Of a DNA stretch of 64,000 nt, positions 59,122 to 64,000 are shown in pieces. The notes beneath the pieces were generated by a model. It ran no database searches. It was given only the letters and a program-made list of their open reading frames with translations, and was not told the DNA's origin. The stretch lies in the NCBI GenBank assembly GCA_029261065.1, contig JAJDCB010000012.1, positions 13,430 to 77,429 on the forward strand, written 5' to 3'. Each line of letters starts with the position of its first letter. Position 1 is the stretch's first letter. A program made the translations under genes and the position numbers. This stretch comes from Candidatus Omnitrophota bacterium. Lineage in GTDB: Bacteria > Omnitrophota > Gorgyraeia > Zapsychrales > Zapsychraceae.

Positions 59122-59745
59122 TTAATTTAAATATACAGATGTAATTTTGACATCTACACGAATAGAATCGTTTTCTAAAGAGGTTCCCCTGCTTTGCCTT
59201 GATTTTGTTTTTTGTAAAGTGCATGTTAACTCATCTAATTTTAATGCATAGTTAGAGTTCTCAATATCATTGATAAAAAGAGCAATATTTTTATATTCAT
59301 GATTTATTTCATTAGAGGAAATGGTTATATTCATAGTTAATTCTTCATATAAATCTTTTTTTGATTTCTGCGCTGGCGATACAGATTCTACCTGTAGATT
59401 CCGTTTTTCCGCGGTTTGGGATAAATAAGTAATAATTTCGTTGCTAGGAAGAGATTTAGGAAATTTATTTCTTAAACTAAGTAATTTTTTTTGAAGTTTA
59501 TCCTGCTCATTTTTGGCTTCTAGAACTTTTTGAAGTGTAATGCCTTTTGCTTTGAGTTGTTTCTTTTCTAAGCTTTTGCTGGGAATAGTATAAATAACGA
59601 AAATAGTCGTTGCAATAATAGCAATCGTTTTAATAAGGATTTCAGGCTGTGTTTTTAGGATATGAATGATGACATTAAAGTCAATGCTTTTAATAAGGTC
59701 TGGAATATCTTTAGCATCAATATCTTGTAATTTTTTTAGACTCAT
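59122..59745 (-). CDS. PilO/GspM-like bitopic inner-membrane protein
   Basis: Short cytoplasmic N-terminus, one TM, coiled-coil then periplasmic domain. Sits between the PilM-N fusion and the PilP-like gene. Confidence 0.4.
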   Translation of the reverse strand: MSLKKLQDIDAKDIPDLIKSIDFNVIIHILKTQPEILIKTIAIIATTIFVIYTIPSKSLEKKQLKAKGITLQKVLEAKNEQDKLQKKLLSLRNKFPKSLPSNEIITYLSQTAEKRNLQVESVSPAQKSKKDLYEELTMNITISSNEINHEYKNIALFINDIENSNYALKLDELTCTLQKTKSRQSRGTSLENDSIRVDVKITSVYLN

Positions 59746-61310
59746 TCTTTTTCTAGTTTGATGATAAATTGGGTAACATTAAAAGTTTTTATACGTTTTG
59801 AGCTAACGGAAGTCTGTGGCATTATTTCTTCAAAATAATCTGAGATAAACTCATTGCCATTAATAGTGGTGCTTAATTGATCGACTAACGAAAATTGTGC
59901 TTTTTTATCTTCGGAATATGCGTAGCCTGTTAATGTAACGGTCGCTTTTTTACTAACTATAGTTTTTTTTCCCTTTTGTGGTTTTTTGTGCTTAATCTCA
60001 AGTTTTTCAAACCATGTGCCTTGAGGCATCATTGCAGGAAACTTTAATAAAAAGGCAGCTGCTTGTGTCTCTAAATGAATACTTTCATAGGTTTCGATTT
60101 TAGTCTTTAAGCCATCATTATTTTTTTTGATAGTTTTGACAGAGGCATCTTTATCAATTCCTAACTGTTTTTCTAAATTTTTAACCTGCTTTTTAAATTT
60201 AATGGACGCTTGGCCAAATACAAATTGGCAGGCAAAGGCAATACCAATACACAGTAGGACTGTAATGACGAGGTCTTTATATTTATTAGATGATTTATCA
60301 AGTATCCCAGGGCTTGATTTTTTTCGTTTGACTTTACTAATTTTTTTATCTGAAAAATTCAGGTCCGCTGGCGTATCCACACTATATATTAAACCAATCC
60401 CAAAAGCGTTAAGATAACCGGGGTGCTCTATAGGAACGTCTTTTATGATGGCCTGAGTTAGGATAGGCTTTATGGGCATACTAAGTTCGCTGCTTAAACT
60501 TTCGGCAAGTTTATCAACATTAACCGTTGATAGAATAGAGATTTGTGTGACGTTTTGTTGGGGATGTTGTCGATTAAAATAATCTAAGGATATGCGCACT
60601 TCATTAACAAGGCGAAGCATTAAAGATTTAGGGTCCATCGCCTCTTGTTCTGCCGCTGGAGGTTTGAGTTGAAATTCACGTACAAACTCTGGCACGCCAT
60701 GATCCATAATAATAATACGTCCTGTCTTTCCACCTTTTTCAATGAGGGCAATTGTTTCTTCAAGAGGAATAAGATTGTTAAGGATAAGACTTCGAATTAG
60801 GCTTTGAGGGGCAGGTTCTATAATATTTATAGTTAGACCTGCGTTTTCTAAAGGCTCGGTGTACGCTTTTAATACATCTTTTTTGATGGCAGCAAAGATG
60901 ACACGTAATTGTTTATTATTGCCTTCTGTGATTGTTATACAATGATAACAATAAGACAACTCATTCAATGGGAATGGAATGTATTTTGCAGCCTCAAATG
61001 CGACAACTCCCTTAACCTCGTTTGGTGGCATCCAAGGAATAAGAAAAGAACGAAATATAATATCGCGTGCTGGTAAAGATAAATTAATTTCTTTTGTAGA
61101 TATTTTCTCTTGTTGGATCGAGTCTTGGATAGCCGTTATGAGAAGTGGATTACTTGCAGCCTCTTGTTCTTTTTGTTGGTTTTGTTGATTGGTTTCTAAA
61201 GAGGCAGGAAATGGGATGTTAAAAATTTTGCTTGGTTGATTATTAAAAGTCTCAATAAATATTAATGAGTCTTTAGCCCAAAATACACCAAGCAAGATTT
61301 TATCAGCCAT
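59742..61310 (-). CDS. fused PilM-PilN (GspL-like architecture): cytoplasmic actin-like domain + TM + periplasmic domain
   Basis: PilM-like motif VVAFEAAKYIPFPLNE. TM helix VITVLLCIGIAFACQFVFG at ~aa 350. ~150-aa periplasmic C-terminus. Confidence 0.6.
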   Translation of the reverse strand: MADKILLGVFWAKDSLIFIETFNNQPSKIFNIPFPASLETNQQNQQKEQEAASNPLLITAIQDSIQQEKISTKEINLSLPARDIIFRSFLIPWMPPNEVKGVVAFEAAKYIPFPLNELSYCYHCITITEGNNKQLRVIFAAIKKDVLKAYTEPLENAGLTINIIEPAPQSLIRSLILNNLIPLEETIALIEKGGKTGRIIIMDHGVPEFVREFQLKPPAAEQEAMDPKSLMLRLVNEVRISLDYFNRQHPQQNVTQISILSTVNVDKLAESLSSELSMPIKPILTQAIIKDVPIEHPGYLNAFGIGLIYSVDTPADLNFSDKKISKVKRKKSSPGILDKSSNKYKDLVITVLLCIGIAFACQFVFGQASIKFKKQVKNLEKQLGIDKDASVKTIKKNNDGLKTKIETYESIHLETQAAAFLLKFPAMMPQGTWFEKLEIKHKKPQKGKKTIVSKKATVTLTGYAYSEDKKAQFSLVDQLSTTINGNEFISDYFEEIMPQTSVSSKRIKTFNVTQFIIKLEKE

Positions 61311-61397
61311 ATTAATTTGAAGATAATTGAAACTTATTATTAATTGTAAACAGTCTTGGAGTGAGTCTGTGTAACAGATAATACATTAAATAATACT

Positions 61398-61415
61398 TAT
61401 ACTATATATAGTATA
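61398..61415. promoter_or_regulatory. perfect 18-bp palindrome TATACTATATATAGTATA ~90 bp upstream of the pilM-N start; candidate operator
   Basis: Read directly in the 192-bp AT-rich promoter region of the type IV filament operon. Confidence 0.3.
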
Positions 61416-61502
61416 ACGTATTATTAATTACACTATATTAGATAACCTTTGTCAATTGATATGTAAACAATTTTGAATAGATTACCACTTTTGGGAGGGG
61501 TA

Positions 61503-61853
61503 CTAGTAGCTGATAATAATGTTAATTGGTACGCTTTCTGAGTTTGGGGGAGGTGTGCCAGAAGTGATGATATTTATAGATGAATCAAAGTCGATTGGAC
61601 CAAGCGTTTCTGTAGGTAAGACAGCGTTGGCATAAGAATCTCCGTTAAGCTGAAGGGCATGGGAATAAGCCAAGCTACTTAGTCCAAGCATTTCTGATTG
61701 AATGCGTCTAATCTCGGTTTCTGTTGTATTGACCTGGCTGATATTTAAACTAAGGATACTGACCGCCAATACCATACTGACAATAATAAAGGCCAATACA
61801 GTAATGAATACCATTCCTTGGTTGTTATCTTTTAATTTTTTTAACATAATCAA
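61503..61853 (-). CDS. small membrane-anchored protein, possibly PilX-like (N-terminal hydrophobic helix without canonical prepilin E+5)
   Basis: NQGMVFITVLAFIIVSMVLAVSILSL N-terminal segment. Directly upstream of pilM-N. Confidence 0.35.
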   Translation of the reverse strand: MIMLKKLKDNNQGMVFITVLAFIIVSMVLAVSILSLNISQVNTTETEIRRIQSEMLGLSSLAYSHALQLNGDSYANAVLPTETLGPIDFDSSINIITSGTPPPNSESVPINIIISY

Positions 61854-61871
61854 AAATTCCTTACCACAAGA

Positions 61872-62096
61872 CTACTTTTGAATGTTAAGCAAACTTTTAC
61901 ATCTTGGGCAATAATCAGGAGACTTATTCTCAAAGGTAAAAAAGATGTATGTGCAAAAGGGGCATTGCTGTAAATCTTCTGATTGGTACAACATACTTTC
62001 ACTACGATAACTATAAAATATCCAAAGAGCAAAAACAAGTAGCATTGGCAAGCTTACAAAGAGGGCTGTAGCACAACTGATATCTAATTTTATCAT
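61872..62096 (-). CDS. possible small TM protein with C-terminal CxxC-x15-CxxC zinc ribbon
   Basis: ALFVSLPMLLVFALWIFY TM segment. CPFC...CPRC. Overlaps the alternative-frame ORF 61850-62038. Confidence 0.3.
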   Translation of the reverse strand: MIKLDISCATALFVSLPMLLVFALWIFYSYRSESMLYQSEDLQQCPFCTYIFFTFENKSPDYCPRCKSLLNIQK

Positions 62097-62101
62097 AAGT
62101 A

Positions 62102-62542
62102 CTAGAATCTTAAAGGTTTATATGGTTCTAATTTAAGTGCGTTTTCAAGCTCTTCTAGGGGATTATTTTGGCTTGATTCCGGTTTTTCCCTGATGAGTTC
62201 AAAGGTGGTTTTTTGAGATTCTTTGTCAAAAGTGACATTGTTGGAAAATGTGGGTTTATTAAGCATAATGTCTTTTTTGGGACTTTCCCTACTTTTAAGA
62301 AAGGAATTTGGAATGTTATTGATCATGAATTTGTTTTCTTTGTTTCTAATCCTTTGATCTGAAACGATGAGTAGTTCGTTATTTTTGAGGATGGATCCTA
62401 AGAAGATTAAATTTGGTTTTTTTGTATTAAACTTTTCAGGAAAAGAAAAGGTGAATTTTGTCATGATCCCATAATGTATGAGGCCACTAATGATCAAAGA
62501 AAGGATAACGGTTAGATAGTTTCTAGAGAGTAACCCGCTCAT
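62102..62542 (-). CDS. N-terminally TM-anchored protein downstream of exbD/tolR; possible short TonB/TolA-like partner
   Basis: Single TM (LTVILSLIISGLIHYGI). Start overlaps the exbD-like stop. No Pro-rich spacer. Confidence 0.35.
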   Translation of the reverse strand: MSGLLSRNYLTVILSLIISGLIHYGIMTKFTFSFPEKFNTKKPNLIFLGSILKNNELLIVSDQRIRNKENKFMINNIPNSFLKSRESPKKDIMLNKPTFSNNVTFDKESQKTTFELIREKPESSQNNPLEELENALKLEPYKPLRF

Positions 62543-62946
62543 TAGTTTTCTTGGTTCGTCGCAATATTAATCTTTTCAATGCCTAAATTTCGACAAAGAT
62601 CCCAAACATCTACGATTCGTCCCATGGAAGCTCTGCGATCACTTTTAATGAGCATGGGTCTGTTTTTAATGGTAGGGGCTTGTAATTTTGTCTTTAATTC
62701 TTTTAGCGTTATGACTTGATCATTTAAGTAAATGATATTTTCACTTGTAATCGTAATGATAAAATTTTCTTCCTTTATGGTATCACTGGTTACAGCTTTG
62801 GGAAGTTTGACATGGATGCCAGATTGAAATGTAAAGGATGACGATAACATGAAGAAAACCAATAATTGAAAAATGACATCAATTAGGGGGGCTATGTCAA
62901 TTTGTTCAAGACCGAATTCTAATTTGGTATGTCTTTTAAATTTCAT
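62542..62946 (-). CDS. biopolymer transport protein ExbD/TolR
   Basis: N-terminal IDIAPLIDVIFQLLVFFML TM motif typical of ExbD/TolR. 134 aa. Confidence 0.85.
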   Translation of the reverse strand: MKFKRHTKLEFGLEQIDIAPLIDVIFQLLVFFMLSSSFTFQSGIHVKLPKAVTSDTIKEENFIITITSENIIYLNDQVITLKELKTKLQAPTIKNRPMLIKSDRRASMGRIVDVWDLCRNLGIEKINIATNQEN

Positions 62947-62949
62947 GGT

Positions 62950-63606
62950 TTATATCGAGGTTTCCGAAACTTGTCCCATAAAGTTTAATAATTCAGTGGC
63001 ACTACGCTCCATTTCTAAAACGACGTGATTAATGCGACTCACGCAATAGTTGTAGGCAACAAATGTAGGAATAGCAACCATAAGACCTGCGACGGTCGTA
63101 AGTAAAGCTTCTCCTATCCCTCCTGCTAAATCGCCAGGAGTAACAGGGTTTAAAGAAGCCGCGCGCATTTGTATCGTGTGAAAGCTTTCTGTCATACCGG
63201 TAACTGTTCCTAATAGCCCAAGTAAAGGACAAATGTGTGCAATTGTTGCTAAGGCTGGTAAACGTCCTTCGAGCTTTGGAATTTCAAATAAGCTAACATC
63301 TTCCATGCTTTGCTTAACCTCTTCTCTCGAAGATCCGAATTTTACAATGCCAGCCTTTAAAATTTTTGCAACGGGTGAACGATTAACCTCACAGACTTGA
63401 ATGGATTCTTTGATTTTATTGCTTTTCATATAATCAAAGACTTGCCGTTTAAGAATCAGCAAATCAGTGCGGATAGAAGCAAAATAGATTAATTTTTCAG
63501 TTACAATGGCCAATGCAATTAATGAGCAAATTAATATCGGAACCATTAATGGTCCTCCAGCTTTCATTAGCTGTATCGCGTTCATTTCCCAGATGCCACC
63601 ATTCAT
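62950..63606 (-). CDS. MotA/TolQ/ExbB proton-channel protein
   Basis: Three TM helices. Conserved LGLLGTVTGM motif. Confidence 0.85.
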   Translation of the reverse strand: MNGGIWEMNAIQLMKAGGPLMVPILICSLIALAIVTEKLIYFASIRTDLLILKRQVFDYMKSNKIKESIQVCEVNRSPVAKILKAGIVKFGSSREEVKQSMEDVSLFEIPKLEGRLPALATIAHICPLLGLLGTVTGMTESFHTIQMRAASLNPVTPGDLAGGIGEALLTTVAGLMVAIPTFVAYNYCVSRINHVVLEMERSATELLNFMGQVSETSI

Positions 63607-63626
63607 AAAGTCCTCCTCTTCTGAGA

Positions 63627-63944
63627 TTAATTGGTGCTGTATCTCTGAATATTAGCCTGAATATCTTGATTATTCGGATATAACTTTAAACCGTTTTTCC
63701 ATATAAGCAAAGCTTTTTGTTTTTGATCTGTCTGCAGGTACCACTCTCCTAATTCTAAAAAAACTTTACTTTCTACAGGAGTCCCGCTTTGAACAATTTG
63801 TTCAAAGAGATCAATGGCTTCTTTAATAAACCCTTGTCTAAATTGTAATCGTCCATAATTTACGACGACTTTATGCGGAGTGGGTTTTGAAATCATAGCC
63901 TTCCACAGGATTTCTTCAGCTTTTTCTAGATTATTAAGTTCCAT
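63627..63944 (-). CDS. TPR-like repeat protein; reading frame stays open upstream to the window end, so probably 5'-partial here
   Basis: Helical-repeat composition. Manual check shows no stop between 63945 and 64000 in frame. Confidence 0.4.
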   Translation of the reverse strand: MELNNLEKAEEILWKAMISKPTPHKVVVNYGRLQFRQGFIKEAIDLFEQIVQSGTPVESKVFLELGEWYLQTDQKQKALLIWKNGLKLYPNNQDIQANIQRYSTN

Positions 63945-64000
63945 GTATGTTTTACCCAGTCCGTTTAAAGCTTCAACATACGTTGGATCGGCTTTGAGGG

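Noticed and set aside
61850-62038. 62-aa ORF overlapping the 74-aa zinc-ribbon ORF
   Set aside because: Competes with 61872-62096 on the same strand in another frame. The latter has a TM helix plus a paired CxxC motif, so it was preferred. Both remain low confidence.

Overview
AT-rich (~33% GC by eye), tightly packed Gram-negative-type bacterial chromosome segment. Nearly all genes are on the minus strand and many overlap by 4-40 nt, consistent with long operons. Contents in order: (1) 405-14144, a ~14 kb lipid-linked glycan or LPS-modification locus: an ArnT/PMT-like GT-C transferase, an ArnC/DPM1-like GT2, GT4/GT1 transferases, a Wzx-like flippase, three SAM methyltransferases (two with N-terminal zinc ribbons), an AsnB-like amidotransferase, an NDP-sugar epimerase and a dTDP-glucose 4,6-dehydratase. 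(2) Housekeeping genes: queH, nnr, pdxJ, cdaA, folP, ftsH, tilS, a tRNA(CAU), tsaD, ctpA, gatCAB, surA-pdxA-rsmA, an N- and C-terminally minimal mfd, secDF-yajC, rpsP, a hisDBHAFI operon joined to a trpE/pabB-like gene, alaS, recX and recA, rsmE. (3) 50814-61853, a compact type IV filament (T4P/T2SS-like) cluster: a fused PilM-PilN (GspL-like) protein, PilO- and PilP-like proteins, a secretin, a PilB/MshE-type ATPase with an MshEN c-di-GMP-binding domain, a PilC/GspF platform protein and five prepilin-type pilins. An HTTM (VKGC-like) membrane protein sits next to it. (4) tolQR/exbBD-like genes. Unusual items: an operon encoding a bactofilin fused to an excisionase-type HTH plus a membrane-anchored HTH protein; a ~160-bp GC-rich structured island with a perfect 7-bp hairpin between gatC and a ybgC-like thioesterase (candidate ncRNA); a 206-bp MITE-like element with perfect 21-bp terminal inverted repeats between pilC and pilB; a family of short GC-rich REP-like hairpins in several intergenic spacers; a recA-recX hairpin that buries the recX Shine-Dalgarno sequence; a 594-bp non-coding leader upstream of the major pilin gene; and a perfect 18-bp palindrome upstream of pilM/N. 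No CRISPR arrays, transposases, integrases or rRNA genes were seen.
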